64,000 bases of DNA, from the NCBI GenBank assembly GCA_951406725.2, contig OX597830.1, positions 37,076,001 through 37,140,000 of the forward strand. Reading direction: 5' to 3'. This stretch comes from Octopus vulgaris. Lineage: Eukaryota. The translations under genes and the position numbers were made by a program. The notes beneath the pieces were generated by a model. It searched no databases, was not told the DNA's origin, and worked only from the letters and a program-made list of their open reading frames with translations. Positions 1 to 12,893 of this stretch are shown here, piece after piece; positions within the stretch are counted from its first letter, which is position 1; each line of letters opens with the position of its first letter.

Positions 1-51
1 GACAACAGAATTATACATCTGTAAAGTTTATTCCCAAGTTACTCAGAAACG

Positions 52-325
52 AGCATCCTGGTAAGCGACTACTTGACAGAGATGGGCATCAAAGTGTTTC
101 GTCTTCCTTACAGTCCATACATTGCTCTCTGTGACACCTGGTTGTTTCTGAAGCTGAAGGATAACCTCCTGGGGAGTCGTTTTGAAACCGTAAAAAGACA
201 GTGACAAGAGTCTCGGTCATCTTCACACTGGAAAACTTTCATGGGACCTGGGACCTTCACGAATAAACCACAGCTCTACAACGAATAAAATTGAAGTCCG
301 AGGATCTTACTTTGAAGGAGATTAG
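52..325 (+). mobile_element. Degenerate mariner (DD34D-type) transposase, C-terminal fragment
   Basis: Manual translation gives SILVSDYLTEMGIKVFRLPYSPYIALCDTWLFLKLKDNLLGSRFETV ... IEVRGSYFEGD*, matching the mariner YSPDLAPxDFWLFPKLK motif and the GxYFEGD C-terminus; frameshifted. Confidence 0.8.
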
Positions 326-689
326 AATTTTATAATTTTCTGAATCAATAAATGTGTTTCCTGTAAATATTACTTGTACGTAAATACAAACACATATACA
401 CACATATATGGGCGTTTGTTAGCTTCTATTTCTTCTTTCTTCTTTTAATGTTTTCTCTGACGGTTGATATATTTCCTTTCTCTGTTCACTTTCACTTACA
501 TCAAGATATTACCATAGTGCTGACGGCAGAGGTGGTCTCTACATCCTGGGTATTTGTTTCTCACTCATTTGTTTTCGAGAGTGATGATAATATGTGTGTT
601 CCAACCATCCAAGAACTGTAGGGCCTCTCATGATACTGTTGGCAGTTTCTGCTGTTGGTATCATCTTCCACTCTACCGTTATTCTTTTA

Positions 690-900
690 ATTTTCAAAAT
701 CCTCAGAGCAGAATACTCTGAAGATATTTTTGTTGTCACAAGTGTAACAACTGGGGTTTTCTGTCGCCTCTGTATCGTCAGTCTTATTGCCTTTGATCTT
801 GTGGCGACAAAAGTGCATAGGTCCTGTGATCTCTGGAATGGTGTCTGGAATAGTCTCTGGAATGGTCTCTGGAATGACCATATGATATCTGAATGAGAGA
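690..900 (-). pseudogene. Possible degenerate gag relic (zinc knuckle plus HSRD repeats) of an LTR retroelement
   Basis: CYTCDNKNIFRVFC (708-749) has CX2CX4[H>I]X4C spacing. A 12-bp repeat at ~831-877 reads HSRDHSRDYSRHHSRD in another frame. Stops and frameshifts are present. Confidence 0.3.
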
Positions 901-2615
901 TCATAATGCTTTTCATTCTATGCTAACTCTTTACACCCACGTTCTTCACATTACACGAGCACTTCTCACCAATTCACATTGTTTTAGAAAGTTGGTAACG
1001 ACAATAACAATATCAGTTGATAAAATTATGACTTTTTGACTTCTCTTGTGCTACAATATCTACTGTGACGCAACGTTACATGAGCGAGTGTGTTAGGACA
1101 ATCACCGTTTGTACTCGCTCGTGAAGGTCATGTAGAGAATATCGAAGGATTTGTCTATCCCTGTGTAAAAATTGTAAGCTCATATATCAGCAAGGGCCTC
1201 CCTTAGTTAGGTGTTGAGGCTAGAGAAAATTGACTCCATCTTTCAAGAGACAAAGGAAAATTAAATTTTACTTTGTCTACTCGTATAAGAGCTTTTCAAT
1301 AAGGACAATATTGGTTTAAGAATATTTTTTTGCCACTGTTCCAATTTTAGGTTCTGCCTCTTTAATTTCCACAACTGATTGATGGAGAAAATACAGGACA
1401 GGTGCAGACTTGGCAGAAGTACCTTTAATTGGGTATTTCTCGCTCGGCGATATTTATTCATGTGTAGCTGCTAATGTTATTACTGTTTCCGTCGTCGTTT
1501 TTGTCGCTAAGACGACTCAAGTATTGAATGTCTAAAAGAATATGTCTGGCTATAAAACAAACTTGTTTGTGTCGTTTCGCTTCGTAGTTATTTTGCTTTT
1601 GTTTCATAGTATGGGGTGGTTCCTAAATTCATTTGCTGCCGGTAAGAATCTAATCAATCCTTCTCCACAAAATGTCTAAATAAATCTATTTAAGCTTTTT
1701 CTGTGAAATACAATTTAATAAATTACTTGCTTTTTAAAAGTGTTGCTTCTAAAATTATTAATAGAAACACTTCAATACAGTCTTAACATTCAGCGACGTT
1801 TAAGTCAAATTGAAAAAAAAACAAAAAGCAAAAATAAAGTATTCAATAGAATTTGTACTTTCTCAAATTGAAGTGAAAATTAATTCAATAAAAAAAAAAC
1901 CTCATTAGTGCGATCAAAACGCATTAGGTATTTAAAGATTTAATCACAAGTTTTAAAATCCCTGGAAAACCGAAGATTATCTACAGCCAGAGCAGAACCA
2001 ATGCGTTAATACTAAATATAAACAGCAACAACAACAGCAAAAACACCAACAACAATAATAACGACTACGACAACAACCACAACAACAACGACAACGGCAA
2101 CAACAACAACAGCAACCATAATAATAATGTAGCTAATTGTAATGTAAAAAAATGACAGGGTGATTAAAACATAATATCTGAATTCCAAGATTTAAAAGGC
2201 GAACTTATAGTAACTTTGAAATAAGAGGCCAGTGCGAAAGGTGAAATATAGAGAATGCTGAATAATTGATGTAAGATAGTTTATTGTCAGATTTAAAAGC
2301 TAGTAAAATGTGACGGGCGTCTATGAAATATCTGCAGAGGTCGATTGGATAAAAAGGTTAACAAAAAATAATTGAGAAAAAAGGCGACGAAAGTGCTGAG
2401 TATGGTGGAATTGTGGTTTTTAAAGGAAATTAATGAATGAATAATTAAGTGAAAAATTCATGAACTGACGAACTAATAATTTCATAAGCAATTAAAAAAA
2501 AACAACAATAAATTAATAACAAGGAATCTATGAAAAAGCGTTCATAAAAGGCCAAAAGACATTTTCGACTGTATGTATATAACATTTTGAATACATACAT
2601 AGACATCCATAAATA

Positions 2616-2617
<2 letters not shown>

Positions 2618-2669
<52 letters not shown>

Positions 2670-2696
2670 CACGCACATGTACATATGTGTATTAAT

Positions 2697-2758
<62 letters not shown>

Positions 2759-2837
2759 GTGTGTGTATACATATGTACATATACACGCATAGAAAATGCC
2801 TGTGTATATATATAAATATATACATATATATGTATCT

Positions 2838-2870
<33 letters not shown>
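2618..2870. repeat. Compound (TA)n/(CA)n/(CT)n microsatellite
   Basis: Directly visible. Confidence 0.95.
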
Positions 2871-2874
<4 letters not shown>

Positions 2875-3430
2875 GTAGTGTCTGTAATTGTTATTGTGTC
2901 TTGGGAATTTGGATTCGGAAGAAAACCTAGCAATTTAAAATTAAAATTTATCAATAAATAGGTGAACGAGTAATTGGAAATGACTAAATATAATAATGTT
3001 TCATTTATTTACTCATTAACTTACTTATTAATTTCAGCTTCAAATTCCTGACGAGGTCTCTCTGATCTCAATGTTCCCTAGGTAAAAATAATCTCATCTC
3101 TTTGAACTATTCAATAATTTATATATTTATGTATTTAATCGTATTGATGTAAACATTTATTTACTTATTTTTTTCCTAAAGGGTCATTAACTACCTATGC
3201 CTAGATCAATATTCTATCTATAATTTAAAGCCTAGTACTTTATAATCTTTTAATTACCTTGCAAAATCTATTTCATTGCACACAATACTGGTATTTACGT
3301 TCTGCATATAACCGCTTCCAACATTTTGTCCTTCGTCAATGCCTTCGCTATTCTAATCCCTTTTCTGTTCCTTCCACCACAAATTCAAGACTTACTGGCA
3401 CAAATTGTAAAACTGTAATCACATATATAT

Positions 3431-3475
<45 letters not shown>

Positions 3476-3491
3476 AACGCACGCATAATCA

Positions 3492-3574
3492 GTACGACCG
3501 TTTCAAGCGGCTCCATTTAATTGAACAATACAATCATTACACCAACTTAAATGCAGTGCCATCTTCAGCTGCAC
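3492..3574 (-). ncRNA. Degenerate hammerhead-ribozyme-like motif
   Basis: Minus strand reads CTGAAGA ... catttaa/ttaaatg stem ... GAAAC GGTC GTAC. A related GAAACGGTCGTA end also occurs at 28411-28440 (minus). Confidence 0.35.
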
Positions 3575-4126
3575 AAATAAATAAATAGAATTTTAACAAA
3601 TAGGACACATTAATATAATTTTTCTCAAATATTTTAACAGAGCAAGATAATGGAAGAAATTCATGTTGTCGCTATTGTAGCAAAGAATAGACTACACTTC
3701 CAAGAATTGCATCAACCGTTTTGGGGTCATTGTGTTGTAAGTGATTCATTTCTAATTCATTTATCTCTTTATCAACTACGAAATCTAAGACTAGATGACT
3801 ATGTTTATTTTGAATAAAGAACAAATGTGAGTTATTATCGTATGCATCCCCTTTCCTCAGAGAGGAAATAAGACGTTAGGAGTAGTCAATTGGATATAAC
3901 TGTCTATAAAAAGAGGCTGGCTAGGGGAAGTCTTTAAATCATGCATTGTGTCAGTAATCCCTATGCTAGTATAAACTTCGGAGTCACAGTCTATATTGTA
4001 CATATTAGATGTGTTAGCACTGTTGTTTCTAATTCCTACATCTCCATTAATATTATTCTCATTGTTGTGGTTCAAACTAGCGTGGACAATAATATTATTA
4101 TTATTAACTCCTGCCGATTTTATATT

Positions 4127-5030
4127 CTTTCTATTTAACTTGGCTATGATGATACCTATATTGGAGAGGGTAGAATACAAGATTCTAACTGTCTTACGAG
4201 AAAATATTCTATTATATTTATGGGAAGCAGTGAAGTTTTTTTTTCCAAAATTGCCATAAATTTTTAATATATGCTGGTGGATATGGCACCGTTGAAGGGA
4301 ACACTATACCAGACCAAATCATTATTTTCAGACCTCTTACGTATGCAAGGGCGGAATCTACCCACTCTTTCACCGCCTTCCAAACCTCGCGACTTGATTA
4401 TTAGGTATGGCTATACTATCAGTATTTTTCTTATCATTAGAGGGTGGTATAATCCGCTCAGTTGCCTCACTATATCTATTATGTAAACTAATATTCCTAC
4501 TGGTTATAGCATCTAATTTCTGTTGCTACTTAACTTTTTTATTTAAATTGATGGGTTTGTTGGATGCTTTCATAGAAAGTCAGTTTTCCCGACCAAGTAG
4601 GCCTGTATTTTCCCTATCACTTAAATTTTCATTATTTCTACTATTAGAAGGTGTTATAATTTCTGGATTAAGAAAAGTAATTCCATGGTTGTATCTTGCC
4701 TTAGACAAAACGAAGTTATAGTGGTGGGAATGAGTATCAAAAATGTCATTATTTGCTGATAGTTTCGTAATTATTTTAGAAATACTTTTGACTACCGATT
4801 TTTAATATTTTAGTGGGGTGATTTGAGGATCTTTACATACCTCGTAATTTCAACTGGTTTCCAATGGGGGTGGGGGTGGCACATTCCTTAATGAATGTCT
4901 AATGTATTATCTAAGAAATTTTCCACCTCTGTGCAATATTCAAACGTGGTTCCTAAGTTGAAGCTTTTAAAAAATTTTGTAATTCTTCCCTCATTCTTTC
5001 AATGACCGATTTGTTGTCGCTAGGGATATC
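4127..5030 (-). mobile_element. Degenerate Penelope-like element (RT C-terminus, thumb and linker)
   Basis: Manual translation across frameshifts: IERMREELQNFFKSFNLG..VENFLDNTLDI..WKP..YV..SNHPTKILK..ISKIITKLSANNDIFD..YNFVLSKARYNH, then RKRSENNDLVWYSVPFNGAIST..FMAILEK/NFTASHKYNRIFSRKTVRILYSTLSNI. These match the PLE motifs NFLDV, SNHPP and IIWFNPPF..HKIFNRNTVKVSYSC. Confidence 0.8.
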
Positions 5031-5137
5031 CTGTTGCTTAGTTTGATTTTATTCACCTTACTTCGACCTGGGCAGATGATACCAGACTGACTTGGGGCTT
5101 CAACTTAAGTACCTAATTCAACTGAATCTCAATTATC

Positions 5138-5184
<47 letters not shown>

Positions 5185-5189
5185 TTTCA

Positions 5190-5468
5190 CACGGTCGGTT
5201 ACTACGACAAGTGCCCCAGTTATTCCGATCAATGGAACAGCTTGGTTGTGAAATCAACATGCATGTGGCTGAGCACTCCACAGTCAAGCGTATCCATTAA
5301 CAGAGTTCTCAGAGAGATTCAGCGTGCCACAAGGTGTGACAAGAGACGCCTTTGAATTACAGGTACAACTGACCATTGTAAGCTGAGTGGACAAGAAGGA
5401 ATGAGAAATACGGGTATCTTACTCACGACCCTAGAATCGTGAGCCGAATATCTTAACCTGTAAACCAC
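5190..5468 (-). mobile_element. tRNA-headed SINE family B, diverged copy
   Basis: Similar to 20142-20502 (GGAACAGCTTG..GTGAAAT..GTGGCTGAGCACTCCACAG..GTGTGACA..TTTGAA.TACAGGTA). Confidence 0.75.
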
Positions 5469-5496
5469 GTGGATCTCTCTGTCTCGCTCTCTGTCA

Positions 5497-5565
<69 letters not shown>

Positions 5566-5633
5566 ATTCTATATATATATATAATTCTGTATGGTATGAG
5601 TTACGTCTATCGTGGTTTTTCTCTAATATATTT

Positions 5634-5697
5634 ATTCTCTTTTACTCTTTTACTTGTTTCAGTCATTTGACTGCGGCCATGCTGGAGCACCGCCTTT
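5634..5697 (-). mobile_element. SINE family A 3' tail fragment
   Basis: TTTCAGTCATTTGACTGCGGCCATGCTGGAGCACCGC is identical to the ends of the copies at 23021 and 56615. Confidence 0.8.
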
Positions 5698-5746
5698 ATA
5701 TATATATACGCATACATACATATATATATGCAAACACACACATATA

Positions 5747-6619
5747 CAAAGCGTGCGATGGGTAAATTGTCACCCTTTACATTTTTTTTACTTTCGCGCA
5801 TGCGTATTGTATGTTTTTGATTTTGTTGACTACACAGTATAGTATGATCGGTTGGGCAGCGTCTGTGAGAAACAGCACAATGACGCAATTCACTCAACCA
5901 GAAATTTGGAAACGACATGCTATACTACCTGACATTCGTGCTGGAAGCTCCAGTACGAACAGATGGTGAACATAGAACGAAAATTGGCCTGGGTTTCCCC
6001 AAAACAGGCATCGAAAGTGACAAAAATCAAACATCCAGTCAACACCATGGTGTTTGTAGTGATCACTAGTGATGGTGACGTTATGCCTTCATTCAACTTC
6101 AACACAGAGGCCTGCATCAAGTGCTTGGAGGAGGTAGTGGTGCCCTGGGTGAAGAGAGTGGCTGCTGGAAGACCCTATATCTGGCAAAAGGACTTTGCAC
6201 CATTCAACTCAAGTAGGAGAACCCAGCCATGGCTGTCAGACAACGTCTGCGTCCACATCACCCCTAAAACCTGGTCACCTAACTTCCCAGACTGCAAACC
6301 CCTGGATTATTATGTGTGGGGCGCAGCTGACCGAGAGACTAACAGAACTCCTTGTAATACCAAAGATGAACTGAAGGCAAGGATCATTGCAGCATTCACC
6401 AACTTAAACAAGGAGACCGCCCAGAAGAGTTGCAGAGTTGCAGGAGACTACGAAGTCGTCTGGAGGTCGTGATTGAAGCCAATAACGATTTTATTGAATG
6501 AATTTACTCTAGTATTTCAAAATATTATGTAATTTTGGTAAATATATCTGTCAAAATGAAATGACAATGTTATTTTCAATTTTGCATAATTTAGACGACA
6601 TCTTATTCACCGCACCCTG
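5747..6619 (+). mobile_element. Internally deleted Tc1/mariner element, maT/DD37D family
   Basis: TA-flanked imperfect TIRs (right end TTCACCGCACCCTG|TA). The N-terminus MTQFTQPEIWKRHAIL is joined directly to the catalytic region. ORF 5963-6472 has WQKDFAP...SPNFPDCKPLDYYVWG with 37 residues between the second and third Asp. Confidence 0.9.
5963..6472 (+). pseudogene. DD37D transposase catalytic-domain fragment
   Basis: 169-aa ORF with degenerate QQDxAP and SPDxNPLDY motifs; lacks the HTH and the first catalytic Asp. Confidence 0.85.
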
Positions 6620-7423
6620 TATATGTATATGCGTGTGTGTCTGTGTGTGTGTGTGTGCGTGCTTGCATAGGTTTACGTTTGTGTGACTGTGTGTGTATAC
6701 ACACATCTACACACACACACACTGTCTCTCTCTCACACTGTCTCTCTCTCACACACGCATACACATTAGTATGTATGAACTTGATTAGAATACTATTTTT
6801 CTATATTGCTACAAATGGGAGAATAGTATTTTATGTAGAGTTACGTTTCATTTAGATCTCTGAAAGTCCAACGACCGCAGTGAAGCCCAGTTTCCGCTTC
6901 TGATCTATTTAAAATACCTTATTATTATCTTGGAGTTCTAGTCTTTTTGTAGCAAATAGATGTCTTTGAAGGACGCAAAGAATTTCTTCATCTGTAGCAT
7001 AATATATCTTGTTGATTTGAATTGGTTTTGGAAATATGTCAGAAATGTGATTTCATTTATTTGTTCCTTGCCGTTGATGTGTGTGTTTGTGTGCTTTGTT
7101 GTATGTTTTCTTGTGAGTTTTGTGCGTGTTTGTTTGTGTGTGTGCATTTGTGTTCGTGTTGTTATATAAGTGTGTGTGCGAATGTTGTTATGCGTTTGTG
7201 TGTGTGTCGTTATGAAGATGAGGGGTGAAAAACACAACGGCATCTGGATGAAGATAAGCAGTGAACGAACATAAAGCATCTTTTAACTTTGATAAGACTT
7301 GAAGATATATTTGGAAAACGATAGAAAGGCTTTTTTCATCCAGGCTTACTTCAGGCATCAAGTTTTGTTTCCCAGTAGATTACGTGTTCCCGCTATGACT
7401 AGGTTTTAATATTATGAGAGTTT

Positions 7424-7652
7424 TAAACGTCGGCACAAGGCCAGCAATTTCGGGAGTGTGTTAAGTCAAATAGATCGCCACTAGTGCTCAACTTGTATTT
7501 ATTCTATCGACCTCAAAAGGCTGAAAGGCAAAGCCAACCTTGGCTTTGAGATTTTTAAGTATAGGGACAAGAATAACATAGAATGTAAAGGCGGACGAGA
7601 TACAATTAAGCATTTTGTTCGGCTTCTTTATGATTCTGCCAGCCTATCGCTT
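7424..7652 (-). mobile_element. SINE family C (Meta-domain-like), diverged
   Basis: Reverse complement contains GCCTTTCAGCCTTTTGAGGTCGATAGAATAAATACAAG and the GGCCTTGTGCC tail. Confidence 0.75.
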
Positions 7653-7778
7653 TACTAGGGTCGAATGTTGTCGGATTTAAGAGTGGCAACCGGAAATTAT
7701 CATAAGGAAATTTTCTTTGAGTCTATATTTTTTCAAAGATGGATGTGAGAATTCAGCAGTAAATGTTTGTGCATATGT

Positions 7779-7831
7779 GTGTGATTCTGGTCACGTGTGA
7801 TTCTAGTCACGTGTGATTCTGGTCCCGTGTG
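7779..7831. repeat. 16-bp minisatellite x3 (GTGTGATTCTGGTCAC)
   Basis: Directly visible; unit junctions create CACGTG. Confidence 0.85.
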
Positions 7832-8184
7832 GGGTTGGTATGAGTTTGGTAGTACACATGCTTGGTTATTTGTATGTGTAAGATCGGATAAAAATGGTGG
7901 GCTTGCACGTTAGTACGAGAGAAAAGTATGTGACGTATACGTGGATCATCTCTATTTTATCAGACCATAACTATTTACCAATGTTCATAGTGAGAGCGAC
8001 CATTAGGTAATCAATTCTTCATATCTCAAAGACTTCCTGAGACCCAAACCAAAGCAACATAATCCAGTATACCTTCGACAGTTAATCTATGTCTGATTGA
8101 TCGATTTCCTATCAATAGATAGAACCTCTAATAAAAATAGCGTATTCTATAGATCGGAATGTGAATCTAGCACAATTGGACCTT

Positions 8185-8340
8185 CTAATACCTGGCTACA
8201 AGATTAAGATGTTTGCTTCGTAATTAGGAAATATCTGTTTCAGTTTCACTGCATGGAGTCATTAAGAAGTGTAATTTAACTGAGATTCAACCAGAGCCTT
8301 TTATGTAAATTTGGGCTGATTTAAATTACTGATAGTTCCT
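8185..8340 (+). mobile_element. Highly diverged SINE family A head
   Basis: TGGCT..TAAGA.G.TTGCTT..TTCAGT..CACTGC.TGG..ACCA.AGCCTT aligns loosely with the family A 5' half. Confidence 0.4.
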
Positions 8341-8714
8341 TTGATTTGAATGGACAGGCTTGTCTCACAATATCATGCTGATTCTATCTGTCAGTTATGT
8401 TAACGGATTGCGTGTCGAGATAACTTTTTGATTTAGTGACACCATGTTTGTTTCGACTAAAGGTAAACATGCCAAACCGAATTGGTGATTATTAGAGAGT
8501 ACGAATGAGAAAGGGGAGACCGTTTTGAGTCAAGAAAAATCGTCCTGTCTTAGAATATCATTAAGAAAAAGGAGGCAAAATGACAACTGATAATATGTGA
8601 TTCTGCCTCAAAAAGAGCCATCATGTCAGCATCGTGCAACGTCGAATTAAGACAAGCATACGACCAAGAAATATAGAAAAATAATACATAACATTTTCGT
8701 ATTGAATAACTTGC

Positions 8715-8738
8715 ATGCATACATACATACATAAATAC

Positions 8739-8769
<31 letters not shown>

Positions 8770-8783
8770 CATACATACATACA

Positions 8784-8819
<36 letters not shown>

Positions 8820-8900
8820 TGCATACATACATACATACATACATACATACATACATACATACATACATACATACATACATACATACATACATACATACAT
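8715..8900. repeat. (CATA)n microsatellite forming the (TGTA)n tail of the RTE LINE
   Basis: Abuts the RTE 3' terminus at 8902. Confidence 0.9.
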
Positions 8901-8901
8901 T

Positions 8902-9843
8902 ATGGCTGCCCCCTCGTTATCGAGTATGGCTATTGCACGAAGCTTAACTGTTACTGGTGCTGTGATCTAATGCGACTTTTTAGCCCAGCTAAAGATCTAC
9001 AATGTCTTGTACATAATTGGCAACTAAAACCTTTACTGGTAATAGCCAGCTGTAGTTGTAACTGGGCTTTCATGTACCTTTGCATGTCGTTTAAGTCCTC
9101 CTGCCGAATTACACTCTCGTCCACATGCCCGACAGATATGATTAGTATGGTGTGTTACACCACCACCAGTGGCCAGGTTGTCACTCATCTGCCTCGTTTT
9201 ATGACTACGAAGATGACTCTTGAGTCCAGCTTTACTGAGGCAGGGTCTTGCACAGACATTGCATGTCAGCATCAAAGGAAGATCCCTTCCCTTATGGAAG
9301 GTGTAACAGCGATGCCCTTCCTTACATCCCTCCTTACTTTCTCATGTGCAACTCGAGATTTCTCAAAAGTGGATGTCCCCTCATGTACAATCCTTCTCCA
9401 TCTGCTAGGATCAATAGCTATGCCTTCCCATGTGTCAGGAGAGATGCAAGCATCTCTTAAGGAAGCCTTCAGCAAGTCCTTATACCTCTTTTTTGGTTTA
9501 TGTGGAGGTCGTTCTCCTTTAGCTAACTCTCCATAAAAGAGTTGTTTTGGCATTCTTGAATCCTTCATTCTGACCAGATGACCACTCTATCTGATCCTTT
9601 TCTTTAACACAAGAGCTTCTATACTTTCACACCGAGAGCCTTCCAATATTTCAAGATCACTGATGCAGTCCTTCCACTTAATGCCATAGATCCGTCTGAA
9701 GCACATCTGATGGAAATGTTCCAGTTGTTTAAGGTGGTATCGATATGTGACCCACGTCTTGCAGGCATAGAGAAGAGAAGGGAGCACACACGCCTTGTAC
9801 ACCTTTATCTTTGTCTTTCTGCATATGTCTCGCCGACACCAGA
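8902..9843 (-). mobile_element. 5'-truncated RTE-clade LINE (RT C-terminus, two C2H2 zinc fingers, 3' UTR)
   Basis: TKIKVYKACVLPSLLYACKTW..RRIYGIKWKD..GHLVRMKDSRMPKQLFYGEL..PKKRYKDLLKASL..W..A.D..RWR, followed by CNVC..SKAGLKSHLRSH and CRAC..SAGGLKRHAKVH. The 3' end has a CTCG-ATAA-CGAG hairpin followed by GGGGCAGCCA. Confidence 0.92.
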
Positions 9844-9924
9844 GAAAAAAAAATGAAAAAAAGATACATACTTACATATATACATACATACATATATACA
9901 TACACACACAAACACACACACACG

Positions 9925-9965
<41 letters not shown>

Positions 9966-10576
9966 TGTGTGTGTGTATATATATATATATATATTTTAGA
10001 AATCATGGAGAAAAGCTTTGACATCTCATCATTAACAGACACACAGGCGCGGGCGAACAAATGCACGTTCACACACACACACACACACAATATAATAGTG
10101 ATATTTTCATTTGTGGAGGAGTGCGTGGCAATTTGAATTTTATAAGCCTCTTTCCATATAAGAAATAGCTTTTCAAGGCTATGTACAAACGGCATTAATT
10201 GTCCGATATTATACTAAAGTCCACAAATGGTATATAATAAAATTACAAAAATTATGCCAACACAGAGAGCAAACAAATTCTAAACTATTTTAACAGTTTG
10301 CAAAATTGGTATTATCTTATAATAATCAATACAACGTTAAAACTTTCGGGTATTGATTTAATCCGATAATTTAACTGCAACGAAAAGTCAGTCTTCATAA
10401 CGGTACATGTATACATTTTGCTCTGGGAAAATTCCAGAGAATTTAATAGGAAATTTATGAATCTCGATTTTACAATTTAACCTGACATTTTGAAGTGTAA
10501 TTGAAAATATACGCTCTGGGGTATCGTAAATGAGAAAGTTAATAAATGTTTGTCATTCATAGCGGAAATAGAAATA

Positions 10577-11016
<440 letters not shown>

Positions 11017-11017
11017 A

Positions 11018-12077
11018 CAGGGTGTCGTCTAAATTACGCAAAAATGAAGATAACTCTGACATCTCATTTTCACAGATATATTTACCAAAATTACATAAAA
11101 ATATCTTGAAATACTAAAGAGTAAATTTATTCATTAAAATCGCCATTGGCTTCAAACATAGCTTCCAGAGGACTTCAGAATCTCCTGCGCAATTTTTCCG
11201 GACGCTCTCCTTGTTTAAGTTGGTAAACGCTACCATAATCCTTGGTATTACATGGAGTTTTGTTGGTTTCTCGCTCAACTGCGCCCCGTATATAATAAAG
11301 TGGATTGCAGTCTGGGAACTTAGGTGGCCAGGTTTTAGGGGTGATGTTGTCGCCAAAATTGTCTGACAGCTATGACTGAGTTCTCCTGCTTGTGTAGCAT
11401 GTCGCAGAGTCCTTTTGCCAGACATAGTCTCCCAGCAACTACCCTCTTGACTAAGGGCAGCATTACCTCGTCCAACCACTTGATGTAGGCCTCCGTGTTG
11501 TCTGTGAGGCTATGTAGTAAAATAAATGAAGGTATAACGTCACCATCACTAGTGCTCACTCCGAACACCATAATGTTGAATGGTTGTTTGATTTTTATCG
11601 CTCTCAGTACATATCCTCAGATTCTTATCTACTCTAGGCACAAAGCCTGAAATTTTGGGGGAAGGGGGTCAGTTGATTAGATCGACCCCAGTACGCAAAC
11701 TTATACTTAATTTATCGACCCCCCAAAGGAGGAAATGCAAAATCAGCTTCGGCGGAATTTGAAGCCTGAACGTAAAGACAGGTGAAATACCGCTAAACTT
11801 GTCGCCCGGCTTGCTAATGTTTCTGCCAGCTCGCCACCTTTACATGTCCTCAGTTTTCACTGTCGTCAGAGTGACATCCAAACACTCTAAAATGTGCGTA
11901 CTGGAGCCGTATGCCGTTTACAAATTCCTGGCAGTGTGAATTGCGTCATGGTGTTTTTTCTCACAGACGGTGCCCAGCTGACCCTACTATACTGTGTAGT
12001 CGGTAAAAAACAAACAAACAATGCGCATGCGCAAAATTGAGAATATGGAATGGCGACAATTTTCCCATCCCACCATG
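11018..12077 (-). mobile_element. Second maT/DD37D copy, internally deleted and interrupted by a SINE
   Basis: Homologous to 5747-6619 ([13 protein letters not shown]; MVFGVSTSDGDVIPSF..NTEAYIKWLDEV). TA-flanked termini; the TIR at 11018 has an internal deletion. Confidence 0.88.
11621..11840 (-). mobile_element. SINE family C inserted in the maT copy, 13-bp TSD
   Basis: Head AAGGTGGCGAGCTGGCAGAAAC and Meta-like GGGGTCGATAAATTAAGTA. TSD TACATATCCTCAG (11608-11620) / TACATGTCCTCAG (11841-11853). Confidence 0.9.
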
Positions 12078-12081
12078 TACG

Positions 12082-12115
<34 letters not shown>

Positions 12116-12170
12116 TACACATAAACATGCACATTCATACACACACATATATATACGTTCATATATATGC

Positions 12171-12229
<59 letters not shown>

Positions 12230-12623
12230 TATATAAATATATGCTTACATAGTTATTATTGCGATTATTACGAATGGTATATTGGCTTCCTCGTTAAAAC
12301 GTGGGAAAATAACACACTTGCGGCAGTTCCACGTAATCGACCAGCACCCTTGTATCATAATTGTTTAATGAGTTCCAATCGTTAGATAACTATGATACTT
12401 AATCTTTCAAATTTACCAATATTTATGAAAATGTATTCGTCCTTACACTTTATGGAAATTTAATGTATATTGTGTTACTCTCATTGGAACATAGTGTGTT
12501 CCGGACTGAGTTATTCTGGTTATATGAATTACTACTTCCGGTCGAGCCACAATTGCACTCTTTATGAATATTGATAGCAACGTATTATATTGAAAAGTCA
12601 AGTTTCTGATAATAAATTACGGT

Positions 12624-12893
12624 CACCATCCCCATCCTTTTTTGCCATCACGAACCAGTTTCAGGCAAGACCTGTTTTTAATGGACCAGGGATCATGCAC
12701 ATAATACGACACAATATAGTACATGGTGTATAATCTAATTATTACATATATCATGCACATATCTTACATATATAATGCAAAACCACCATGCGGATTGCAA
12801 TGGTCAATAAAGCAGAAATAAAAATTTTAAAATTTATCCTTTCTGAGAGTCCCGGTACCGAATGATGCGTTTTCAGGGTGGCTGAGGACTGCT
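12624..12893 (+). mobile_element. Degenerate hAT-Charlie-like MITE
   Basis: Left end TCCCCATCCTTTTTTGCCATCACGAACCAGTTTCAGGCAAGAC..TTTT..ATGGACC and right end CCGGTACCG..GGTGGCTGAGGACTGCT resemble MER1/Charlie termini. Confidence 0.45.

Noticed and set aside
7779-7831. Tandem E-boxes (CACGTG) as an enhancer
   Set aside because: By-product of a 16-bp minisatellite; no linked gene.
8715-9536. 273-aa plus-strand ORF
   Set aside because: Microsatellite plus the antisense strand of the RTE LINE.
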